From positions 1 to 35,251 of the forward strand of contig CAYRKK010000003.1 in NCBI GenBank assembly GCA_964424875.1: 35,251 nucleotides of DNA, written 5' to 3'. Origin of the DNA: Candidatus Woesearchaeota archaeon. Lineage in GTDB: Archaea > Nanobdellota > Nanobdellia > Pacearchaeales > GW2011-AR1. Under the pieces are notes generated by a model, which saw only the letters and a list, made by a program, of their open reading frames with translations, did no database searches and was not told where the DNA came from. The position numbers were made by a program, and so were the translations under genes. Positions 18,220 through 26,201 of this stretch are shown in pieces (the stretch's first letter is position 1; each line of letters opens with the position of its first letter).

Positions 18220-20120
18220 ATTTTAAATTAATTTTAGGAGTTTGTATTATTTTAATGGTTGTTGGGGGGGTTGTTGGTGGAGGGGGAGCTGATATTGGAA
18301 CATATTATGGTTTTGATGATGATGAGAATCTTTATACTGAAAATTGTAAATCTGCAGGGGTTGTTTTAAATGTTGATGGGAAATTTATACCTTTGGGTTC
18401 TCCTGAAAATTATCCTAGTTTGTATGATAATAAAAAAAATCTTATAAGGGGGGAGAATATTGGAACAGGAGTCATTGCTAAAGATGATGGTGCTTCAATA
18501 GAATATAAACATGGAAAGGAAACTGAAAAAAGAAAATTTGAAAATTTGAAAAAAGATTCTTTATTTGTTTTTAAAGATGGAAAATTAACAGGAGCAGAAT
18601 TTACTGTTGGAGGTGAAGAGGGTTCAAGTACAAAATATAAATTTGGAAATTATGAATATGAATTGCAGAAAGATACAAAAGTTATTTTAAAAGATAAAAT
18701 ATTATTAATTTTTCCGCCTGATGAAGGAATTATAAAAAAACCAATAAGAATTCCTAATGTAGAAGGGGATGAACTTATAGTTGCATTTGGTAATAATAAT
18801 AGAAATATTATAAATGGATATGTGATTCAGGAAAATGGTAAAGATTATAAATTTAATGAAGTTGGGGGTTTTGAAGATGAGAATACTCTTTTATCTTTTG
18901 ACACAAAATTAGGAGAATTTTATGTAACAAAAGCAGTGATAGATAATCTTAAAATTGGAGCATGGCCTAATCAAGATTATAAAACTTATGTTTTGTTTGA
19001 TGAAGATGCAATAAAGGAAGTTGGAAAAGAGTGGCCTTTTATTTATATTGGGAATAAAGAAAAATTTATAATGGGTTCTCCTAAAGGAAAAATGAGTGCT
19101 AGTGTTGAACTTATTGATGGAAGTATTGGAGGTATTGAAAAAGAGGATAATGATAGATTTATCATACAGGCACTTTATGGAAAAAATCTTATTAAAATTG
19201 AGGATAAGGGAACTGAAGAAATTCCTGTGATTGAGGCTAAAGGAGAGTATGCTGTAATATCAAGTAATAAATTATATTATTATTGGAAAGAAAATGAAAG
19301 ACCTCTTATTGGAATTTCAAAAAGAGAAGATTTGACTTCACCTGATTTTCATTTAATTAGTTTAGATTCTGAGGGTAAAGGTCTTAAGCATACTTATAAT
19401 ATCAAAGGGAAAGATGTTGAGGTGGATATTGTTGATTTATTTGTTTTTGAAGATAAATTTTATGCAAGTAGTAAGAAGGAGGGGAAAGAAGTTATGAAAA
19501 AAGTTGTTTTTGGTCAATTAAATAATCTTCAAAGAGATAAATTATCAACTTTAATGAAACATAGTGAAGATAATCAAAAGAGATTATTAGATGAAAGTGT
19601 TTCTAGTTTATTAGGAAAAAGTATTGGGGAGATTAAGGGAAAATTAGATTCTATTGATGAAAAACAATTAAGAAGTGTTGGAAGTTCTAGTTCTGGTAAT
19701 GGTGGGGGTTCTAGTCAAGGGGGAAGTTCTAATTATGATTATACAAAATTAGATGCAAAAGTTCAAGAGTTAAGAGGAACTGATTTAGGAAAATATCTAT
19801 CTGATTTAGATGTTAAAACTTTAAGGCATAAAAATGGTAAGTATGACCCTCTTAAACATGAGATTGTTGTTGTTGGGGAGGGTGCTGGAGATATCTGTCC
19901 TAATTGTGTAGAATTCAAAAATATTAATAATAAAAGAGCTGATGTTTATTATGAATATCATAGTGATTTTTTTATAATCCCAATGATTATCCAAGGAACA
20001 GTTCATCTTCCAAAAGTATTTATTTTTAAAGATGGGAAATTAAGATGGGAATCTACAGGAGCATGGACTAAAGGAAGAATACCTGAGACTATTGAAGAAG
20101 AAATAAAAAAATTACTTTAA
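18216..20120 (+). CDS. Secreted modular protein: shared beta-rich scaffold, Ser/Gly linker, C-terminal thioredoxin-like domain
   Basis: Signal peptide; scaffold shared with 20934 and 23467; linker SVGSSSSGNGGGSSQGGSS; ICPNC (CxxC, ~19896) and LPKVFIFKDGK (cis-Pro loop pattern of the thioredoxin fold). Confidence 0.72.
   Translation: MNFKLILGVCIILMVVGGVVGGGGADIGTYYGFDDDENLYTENCKSAGVVLNVDGKFIPLGSPENYPSLYDNKKNLIRGENIGTGVIAKDDGASIEYKHGKETEKRKFENLKKDSLFVFKDGKLTGAEFTVGGEEGSSTKYKFGNYEYELQKDTKVILKDKILLIFPPDEGIIKKPIRIPNVEGDELIVAFGNNNRNIINGYVIQENGKDYKFNEVGGFEDENTLLSFDTKLGEFYVTKAVIDNLKIGAWPNQDYKTYVLFDEDAIKEVGKEWPFIYIGNKEKFIMGSPKGKMSASVELIDGSIGGIEKEDNDRFIIQALYGKNLIKIEDKGTEEIPVIEAKGEYAVISSNKLYYYWKENERPLIGISKREDLTSPDFHLISLDSEGKGLKHTYNIKGKDVEVDIVDLFVFEDKFYASSKKEGKEVMKKVVFGQLNNLQRDKLSTLMKHSEDNQKRLLDESVSSLLGKSIGEIKGKLDSIDEKQLRSVGSSSSGNGGGSSQGGSSNYDYTKLDAKVQELRGTDLGKYLSDLDVKTLRHKNGKYDPLKHEIVVVGEGAGDICPNCVEFKNINNKRADVYYEYHSDFFIIPMIIQGTVHLPKVFIFKDGKLRWESTGAWTKGRIPETIEEEIKKLL
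18896..19450 (+). repeat. 555-bp direct repeat, copy 1
   Basis: By-eye comparison finds no mismatch with 24024..24578 (offset 5128). Encodes FDTKLGEFYV...IVDLFVF in both genes. Confidence 0.92.
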
Positions 20121-20128
20121 CACTAAAA

Positions 20129-20136
20129 TTTAAAAG
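20129..20136 (+). promoter_or_regulatory. Putative TATA box of cassette 5
   Basis: CACTAAAA-TTTAAAAG, 21 nt before ATG 20158. Confidence 0.5.
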
Positions 20137-20157
20137 ATAGATTCTCTTAGTAATTTA

Positions 20158-20916
20158 ATGAAAAAGAGGATGTTAAGAAAAATAAGAAAAGCACAAATAT
20201 CTATTTTTGTTATATTAGCTGTATTGATAATTATAGTAATTGGGATTTATTTTTCAATTAGATTAGAATTATTGAATTTTGGGGGATTAAATCCAGAAGT
20301 TAAACCTGTTTATACTTTTGTTGAAAAATGTATTAAGGAAACATCTGAAGATGCTGTTTATCATATTGGAGATAATGGAGGGTATTTTATTAGTCCTAAT
20401 AATTCTTTAGATAATCATATTCCTGTTTATTTTGATAAAGGAGAGGTTAATGTTCCTAGTGTTGAAGATATTGAAAAAGAATTAGAATTGTATATGGATG
20501 ATATGTTGTTTTTTTGTGTTAAGAACTTTGTTGATTTTCCTGATTTTAATGTTAGGCAAGGAGAGATTAAAAGTGAAGTTAAGATTGAGAAAGGAAAAGT
20601 TTTGTTTGATATTAAATATCCTTTGAGTATTTCTAAAGGAGAGAGTAGTTATGTTTTTAGTGATTTTGAATATGGAGTTGATGTTAGATTGTTTTTAATT
20701 CAAAATGTTTCTTCTAATTTAATAAAATATCAAAAAGAATTTCCAGAAGATTTATGTTTAAGTTGTATTGAAGAATTAGCAATAGATAATGAAGTTTATA
20801 TTATAATGAGAGATTTTGAAAAAGGAGTAATAATTTTTGAAATTGTTGATGCTGAATCTGAAATAAAAAATCAAGAATATGTTTTTTATTTTGCAAATAA
20901 ATATGAGGTTAAATAA
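20158..20916 (+). CDS. Class III signal peptide (pilin-like) protein, adaptor subtype B
   Basis: RKA|QISIFVILA, NPEVKPVYTFVEKC, GGYFISPN, FCVKNFVDFPDF and FYFANKY. Confidence 0.82.
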   Translation: MKKRMLRKIRKAQISIFVILAVLIIIVIGIYFSIRLELLNFGGLNPEVKPVYTFVEKCIKETSEDAVYHIGDNGGYFISPNNSLDNHIPVYFDKGEVNVPSVEDIEKELELYMDDMLFFCVKNFVDFPDFNVRQGEIKSEVKIEKGKVLFDIKYPLSISKGESSYVFSDFEYGVDVRLFLIQNVSSNLIKYQKEFPEDLCLSCIEELAIDNEVYIIMRDFEKGVIIFEIVDAESEIKNQEYVFYFANKYEVK

Positions 20917-20933
20917 ATATTTAAAAAATTAAG

Positions 20934-22856
20934 ATGAAAAAAATATTGTTTATTTTAATAATTGTAATTTTTTTACAGGCTTTTTTACAGGCAAATGTAG
21001 TGATTGCAGCTGGAACTAATGGGGTTGATTCGGGGGATGGGAATTTATTATTTAATAAAGATATTGATGGAGAAAAGAAAATTGGTAGAGGCATATCTTT
21101 GGCATTAAAAGATGATGATATTGTTGCAAATAATTTTCATATGACTAAAGTAGATGATGAAAAAACAGAGATAAGGACTTTGGTAAAATTAAATCAAGAC
21201 GGATATATTAATATTAAATATAAAGAAACTAATAGAGATTATAAAAATTTTGATTATAGTAATGCACCAAAATTTGTTTTTGATTTAAATGGGGAATTAA
21301 TAGAAGCTGAATTTGTTGCTGGAATAACACGAGTTTATAAATTTGAAAATTCAAATGTTTATGTTCCAAAAGATGGAAAAGTTATTTTTAAAAATGGGGA
21401 AGTTGAAGTTGAGATTCCAAAAGGTTCTGAGATTAAAGCTCCAAGAGCAATAGACAAAGACAAACCAAGAACAACTTCTGTTTTATATAAGTTTGCTAAA
21501 GGAGAAATTAAAAAATTAAAGGCAAATGATGGAAAATCTTATGAATTTAGTAGTTCTGAAGAATTAAAAATAGGTTTTGATTCTGAGGGGGTTTATTTTG
21601 AAAATAAAGATTTGAAAATAGATGAGGTTTTAATAAAAAATCCTAAATCAAAAAAAGTTTATTTTGATTTTAAAGGAGAGGTTAATGGAGATTATCGAGG
21701 TGTTTATGTTTCATTAAATAAGAATAATGGAAAATTTGTTACTGGCTCAAATATTAATGAAAATGGGCCCAGTGTGATTTTTACAAAAGATAATGATTAT
21801 GGTATTATTATTGAAAATAATGATGATTTTTCAGTAAGAGCTGATGGTGGAGATTCTAGTTCTTATGTTTCTATTCAAAGTAGATTAGATAAAAAGAAAT
21901 CTGCATTAATAAAAACCTATAATGGGTTTTCAATGAATAAAGGAAAAGTGTCTCCTTATTTTAATGTTAAAAATAAAAAAGTTTTAATTAAGATTACAGA
22001 ACATATTTTAAAAGATTATGATAATAAAAATGATGGTTCTGTTGAAGCAGAAGTAGAGTGTTATAAAACTGTTGAAGGAGTTATAACAAATGCATTTACA
22101 GGAAAAAATGTTATGGTTTTTGGAGATGATGGGAGGATTGGTGTTGGCCCTAATCCTGAGTATATTAAAGTGAAATCTGATTCATATAGGGAATATGGAG
22201 AACCAGGATTATATCGTGGTGTTTCTCATTGGTTAGCTTATAATGAGCCTCCTACAACAAGAACTTTTAAAAGATTTACAGGAGTAAATATTAATGACAA
22301 GGTTGGACTTTCTGGTGAAAAAATAAAAATGTTAATGGATGTATTTGCTAGTATTCCAAGGCCAGCATTAAAAAATGTAAAAAACCTAAACATAGTTAAT
22401 CATTGGACATTTTGGGCAGGTTTAGCAAGGCCTGGAGAAGTTAATTTACATTTGAATAATGGGGGGGTAGATCCTGATACTGCAAGACATGAAATAACTC
22501 ATGTTCATGACATGGTTGTTGGGTGGAGTGAGAGTAGTAAATTTGATAGACAATGGGATTCCATTGGAGGAGCTGAAGGACCGCACACATATGATTATGG
22601 TTATACAAGACATGAAGATACTTCAACATTTAGTGAGTTTATTTACAAACCATTAGATTGGTGGAGAGGTCGTTTATCATCAAATTATAAATATAATAAA
22701 AAATTTAGAGGAAGAATTGCTGTTTTTGTTTGGAATAATTTTATGACAAGAGATGAAGCAGGAAGATTATTATCCAGTGTTGGACTTAATTCTGATGATA
22801 ATACTTTAGAAAGATTATTTAAAGAAGCTCAAGAATCATATGGGGGGATAGGATAA
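20934..22856 (+). CDS. Secreted modular protein: shared scaffold plus C-terminal HExxH zinc metallopeptidase-like domain
   Basis: Signal peptide; GYINIKY...RDYKN...GELIEAEF...YKF...VPKDGKVIFKN is homologous to 18216/23467; RHEITHVHD (22488-22502) followed by YG...HEDTSTFSE, a zincin-like third-ligand region. Confidence 0.72.
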   Translation: MKKILFILIIVIFLQAFLQANVVIAAGTNGVDSGDGNLLFNKDIDGEKKIGRGISLALKDDDIVANNFHMTKVDDEKTEIRTLVKLNQDGYINIKYKETNRDYKNFDYSNAPKFVFDLNGELIEAEFVAGITRVYKFENSNVYVPKDGKVIFKNGEVEVEIPKGSEIKAPRAIDKDKPRTTSVLYKFAKGEIKKLKANDGKSYEFSSSEELKIGFDSEGVYFENKDLKIDEVLIKNPKSKKVYFDFKGEVNGDYRGVYVSLNKNNGKFVTGSNINENGPSVIFTKDNDYGIIIENNDDFSVRADGGDSSSYVSIQSRLDKKKSALIKTYNGFSMNKGKVSPYFNVKNKKVLIKITEHILKDYDNKNDGSVEAEVECYKTVEGVITNAFTGKNVMVFGDDGRIGVGPNPEYIKVKSDSYREYGEPGLYRGVSHWLAYNEPPTTRTFKRFTGVNINDKVGLSGEKIKMLMDVFASIPRPALKNVKNLNIVNHWTFWAGLARPGEVNLHLNNGGVDPDTARHEITHVHDMVVGWSESSKFDRQWDSIGGAEGPHTYDYGYTRHEDTSTFSEFIYKPLDWWRGRLSSNYKYNKKFRGRIAVFVWNNFMTRDEAGRLLSSVGLNSDDNTLERLFKEAQESYGGIG

Positions 22857-23470
22857 TGAAAACTAAATTGTTAATTATTGGAATTTTTATTTTTTTAGTT
22901 CAGTCTATTAGTGCATCTAATTTTTATTATGATGTTAGTGTTTATTCTGAAAATAATTTAATTAATATTCAATCTGTTAAGATAATTTTTTCACAAGCTA
23001 AAATAGATAATTTTTTTAATGAGAATTTTAATAAAAAAACAATTAAAATTAAATCAAATGAAAAAATTTTAGAAGAAAGTTATTTTAGTGTTCCTAATAA
23101 AGAAATTTTTGATATTAAAGATTTAGAAACAGGTGATTTTATTGAAGGAGAAGTAAATGAATTAGAAAATGTTTCTTTTAATTTATTTGTTCCTTATTAT
23201 GAAGATGGTAAAGAGATTGTTATATATGATGAAAATGAACAAGAGGTTGTGAGAAAAGATATTAGTGAATATTTAAAATTAGATAAAGATATTGAGGGGG
23301 AAATTGGAAAGGGGATTGAGGCGGGGGAAGGGGATTTAGTAAAGAGGAAAGTAGACTCAATAAAAAAGATTAGTGTATTTGAATGGATTCTTTTTATTGT
23401 TTTAGTGTTATTGGTTTTATACTTAGTTTATTATATTATGGGAGATAAAAATTTGAAAAAAAGAAAATGA
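22856..23470 (+). CDS. Secreted, C-terminally membrane-anchored hypothetical protein
   Basis: Signal peptide, acidic beta domain (FNLFVPYYEDGKEIVIYD), C-terminal TM helix and KKRK. Overlaps both neighbours (TAATG and ATGA). Confidence 0.78.
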   Translation: MKTKLLIIGIFIFLVQSISASNFYYDVSVYSENNLINIQSVKIIFSQAKIDNFFNENFNKKTIKIKSNEKILEESYFSVPNKEIFDIKDLETGDFIEGEVNELENVSFNLFVPYYEDGKEIVIYDENEQEVVRKDISEYLKLDKDIEGEIGKGIEAGEGDLVKRKVDSIKKISVFEWILFIVLVLLVLYLVYYIMGDKNLKKRK

Positions 23471-25461
23471 AATTTAATAAACAAATATTTTTAATTATTT
23501 TAATAATAATTAGTATTAGTTTTGTTTTTGCTCAAGAGATTGACTGGGCTAGTGAATTAGGTTTTAAAACTGGAGATGTAATTGTGGAAGAGGGAAAGTT
23601 AATAGAACCTGTAGGAGTTAAAATAAAAGTTGGAGGTTATATTGATTATTTGCATGGAGATGAAACTAAAAAAAGAGAATATAAAAATTTGAAAAAAGAT
23701 TCAAAAATATATTTTAAAGATGGAAAATTAGTTGAAGTAGATATTGTTGTTGGAGGTGGAGATGATTCAACTACAAAATATAAATTTGGGAATTATGAAT
23801 ATGAATTGCCGAAGGGTACAAAAGTTATTTTAAAAAATAAAGAATTAAGGATAAAACTTCCTGATGAAGAGAGTATTAAACTGGAAGCTATAAAAAATCC
23901 TGTTGACAAGGATTATTTAGATGTTAAATTTGTTGTTGATAATGAAAACTCAAATAAAGGGATTAATATTAAAGAAAATTATTTTTTTAATAAGATTAAA
24001 AGTGAAGATGAAGGATTACTTAATTTTGACACAAAATTAGGAGAATTTTATGTAACAAAAGCAGTGATAGATAATCTTAAAATTGGAGCATGGCCTAATC
24101 AAGATTATAAAACTTATGTTTTGTTTGATGAAGATGCAATAAAGGAAGTTGGAAAAGAGTGGCCTTTTATTTATATTGGGAATAAAGAAAAATTTATAAT
24201 GGGTTCTCCTAAAGGAAAAATGAGTGCTAGTGTTGAACTTATTGATGGAAGTATTGGAGGTATTGAAAAAGAGGATAATGATAGATTTATCATACAGGCA
24301 CTTTATGGAAAAAATCTTATTAAAATTGAGGATAAGGGAACTGAAGAAATTCCTGTGATTGAGGCTAAAGGAGAGTATGCTGTAATATCAAGTAATAAAT
24401 TATATTATTATTGGAAAGAAAATGAAAGACCTCTTATTGGAATTTCAAAAAGAGAAGATTTGACTTCACCTGATTTTCATTTAATTAGTTTAGATTCTGA
24501 GGGTAAAGGTCTTAAGCATACTTATAATATCAAAGGGAAAGATGTTGAGGTGGATATTGTTGATTTATTTGTTTTTGATAAGGAGTTTTATGCAAGTAGT
24601 AAAGAGGAGGGGAAAGAAGCTTTATCAAAATCTGTGTTTTATTCATTAGATAAAGAATATAGGGAGAAATTATTAAAAGCTAGCCCTAATACTCAATTAA
24701 AAATTCTTGGAATTGAAAATGGGGAAGAAAGAATAAAGGCAATTGATGAACTTAGAAAAGTAGTGATAGGGGAAAAATTAAGGTTTATGTCTTTAAAAAA
24801 TCCTGAAAGTTTTTCTTCTCTTCAAGATGTTAGATATACAAAAGAAAGATATGGTCTTGGTAGTACATATGAAGATTATGATTCTGTTACAACAGTTCAT
24901 GAAACAACTCATGGAATTAATAGTGCAATAAGGAATAAATATGGTGGAACTGGAAATGTAAATGCTTTTTATTTATTAAATGGAGAGTATGTTGTTTTAA
25001 AAGAGCCAGGCATTAAATTGAGTGATGTAAGAGATTATGTTCCAGAAAATATGAAAGGAAATTCTTTTTATAATTTGTATCTTGTAAGCCAAGCTAAAGA
25101 TTGGAATAATGAACCTTTATATGTTCTGGATGAGCTAACTGCATATACTAATGGTGGAATTGCGTCTCTTGAAATGAATAAAAGAGAGAGTATGAATATT
25201 CCAGAAGCTATGGTGTCTTCTATGGCTCTTGGAAATGCAATTAAAAACAGGGATAGAAATTATTGGAATAGTGTTCGGGGAGAAGAATTTAAAGAATTTT
25301 TAGCATTTAGTCTTGAAAGATCTATGGATGTTCATATTAGACAAACTGGAAACAGGGGCCAAGCACTTAAAACTTTTGAAAGTTTGACAGATTCAAGAAC
25401 AAGGCAATTTGCAAGAGATACATTTGGAGAATCTTGGGCTCAAGAATATTTAGGGGTTTGA
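23467..25461 (+). CDS. Secreted modular protein: shared scaffold plus a second type of HExxH metallopeptidase-like domain
   Basis: Signal peptide; scaffold partly identical to 18216; VHETTHGIN (24898-24912) and a distal YVLDELTAY (gluzincin-like ExxA). Confidence 0.72.
   Translation: MKFNKQIFLIILIIISISFVFAQEIDWASELGFKTGDVIVEEGKLIEPVGVKIKVGGYIDYLHGDETKKREYKNLKKDSKIYFKDGKLVEVDIVVGGGDDSTTKYKFGNYEYELPKGTKVILKNKELRIKLPDEESIKLEAIKNPVDKDYLDVKFVVDNENSNKGINIKENYFFNKIKSEDEGLLNFDTKLGEFYVTKAVIDNLKIGAWPNQDYKTYVLFDEDAIKEVGKEWPFIYIGNKEKFIMGSPKGKMSASVELIDGSIGGIEKEDNDRFIIQALYGKNLIKIEDKGTEEIPVIEAKGEYAVISSNKLYYYWKENERPLIGISKREDLTSPDFHLISLDSEGKGLKHTYNIKGKDVEVDIVDLFVFDKEFYASSKEEGKEALSKSVFYSLDKEYREKLLKASPNTQLKILGIENGEERIKAIDELRKVVIGEKLRFMSLKNPESFSSLQDVRYTKERYGLGSTYEDYDSVTTVHETTHGINSAIRNKYGGTGNVNAFYLLNGEYVVLKEPGIKLSDVRDYVPENMKGNSFYNLYLVSQAKDWNNEPLYVLDELTAYTNGGIASLEMNKRESMNIPEAMVSSMALGNAIKNRDRNYWNSVRGEEFKEFLAFSLERSMDVHIRQTGNRGQALKTFESLTDSRTRQFARDTFGESWAQEYLGV
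24024..24578 (+). repeat. 555-bp direct repeat, copy 2
   Basis: Apparently identical to 18896..19450. Confidence 0.92.
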
Positions 25462-25623
25462 TTTAATATTAAAATAGAATAATTAAAAAATTGGGAAGAC
25501 AAGTCTAACCTAATTTTTATTTTTAATTGATAGGGTAAAAAATTATATGTTATAAAATCAGAAGATAAGAGGGTTGGTCTTGGTAAGTTAAGTTAGCAAC
25601 TAGAACTTAACATTATCTAAACA

Positions 25624-25631
25624 TTTATTAA
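25624..25631 (+). promoter_or_regulatory. Putative TATA box of the four-gene pilin-like operon
   Basis: TTTATTAA, 21 nt before ATG 25653. The palindrome GTTAAGTT-N9-AACTTAAC lies just upstream (25587-25611). Confidence 0.5.
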
Positions 25632-25652
25632 TACTTTTTTTCTCTGTATATT

Positions 25653-26198
25653 ATGAAAATAAAAAAGAGGTTTTGGGAAAAGTTTGAGAAAAATAAAAAA
25701 GGACAGCAAATTTTAGGATTATCATTTGGGGTTATATTTTCAATAATCTTAATTGTGTTTTTTATTTTTATTGCAATTATTGTTATTAATAGTTTTCTTA
25801 AAGCTCAAGGATGTGCTAAGGTTGGACTTTTTATAGATGATTTAGAAGCTGATGTTAAAAAATCATGGAATTCGCAAACTGACTCGCATGTGTTTAAAGG
25901 ACTTTTACCATCTGGAATAATGTATGTTTGTTTTGCTGATTTATCTAAAAGTTTTATTGGAAATATTAATAACGATGAAATATGGAGAAGTATAAGTCTT
26001 TATGAAGGAAAAAATGCAAATATGTTTTTTTATCCAACTGGAGAGTCTTGTGAAATGCCATATAAAAATATAGAGCATTTAGATATTGAAGATATAACAA
26101 TGTTTGAAAATCCTTATTGCATTGCAGTTGATAGGGGAAGAATAAACATTAAGGTTGGAAAAAAATTGAATAATAGATTTGTTGGTATTGAGAGGTGA
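25653..26198 (+). CDS. Class III signal peptide (pilin-like) protein
   Basis: KKG|QQILGLSFGVIFSIILIVFF, then LPSGIMYVCFAD and ENPYCI. Confidence 0.8.
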   Translation: MKIKKRFWEKFEKNKKGQQILGLSFGVIFSIILIVFFIFIAIIVINSFLKAQGCAKVGLFIDDLEADVKKSWNSQTDSHVFKGLLPSGIMYVCFADLSKSFIGNINNDEIWRSISLYEGKNANMFFYPTGESCEMPYKNIEHLDIEDITMFENPYCIAVDRGRINIKVGKKLNNRFVGIER

Positions 26199-26201
26199 TG
26201 A

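Noticed and set aside
18264-22467. G7 runs at 18264-18270 and 22461-22467 as phase-variation switches
   Set aside because: Seven bases is short for a contingency tract and both are explained by Gly-Gly-Val codons; read-level length variation would be needed.
1555-22629. Short ORF-track entries overlapping larger genes (1555, 2809, 3188, 4305, 4654, 6492, 6829, 6939, 9199, 9351, 12585, 13497, 14112, 14386, 15439, 19821, 22441)
   Set aside because: They are antisense or off-frame shadows of well-supported genes, with atypical composition and no motifs.
18896-24578. Diversity-generating retroelement TR/VR pair
   Set aside because: The copies appear identical rather than differing at adenines, both are in-frame coding, 555 bp is long for a TR, and no reverse transcriptase is in the window.
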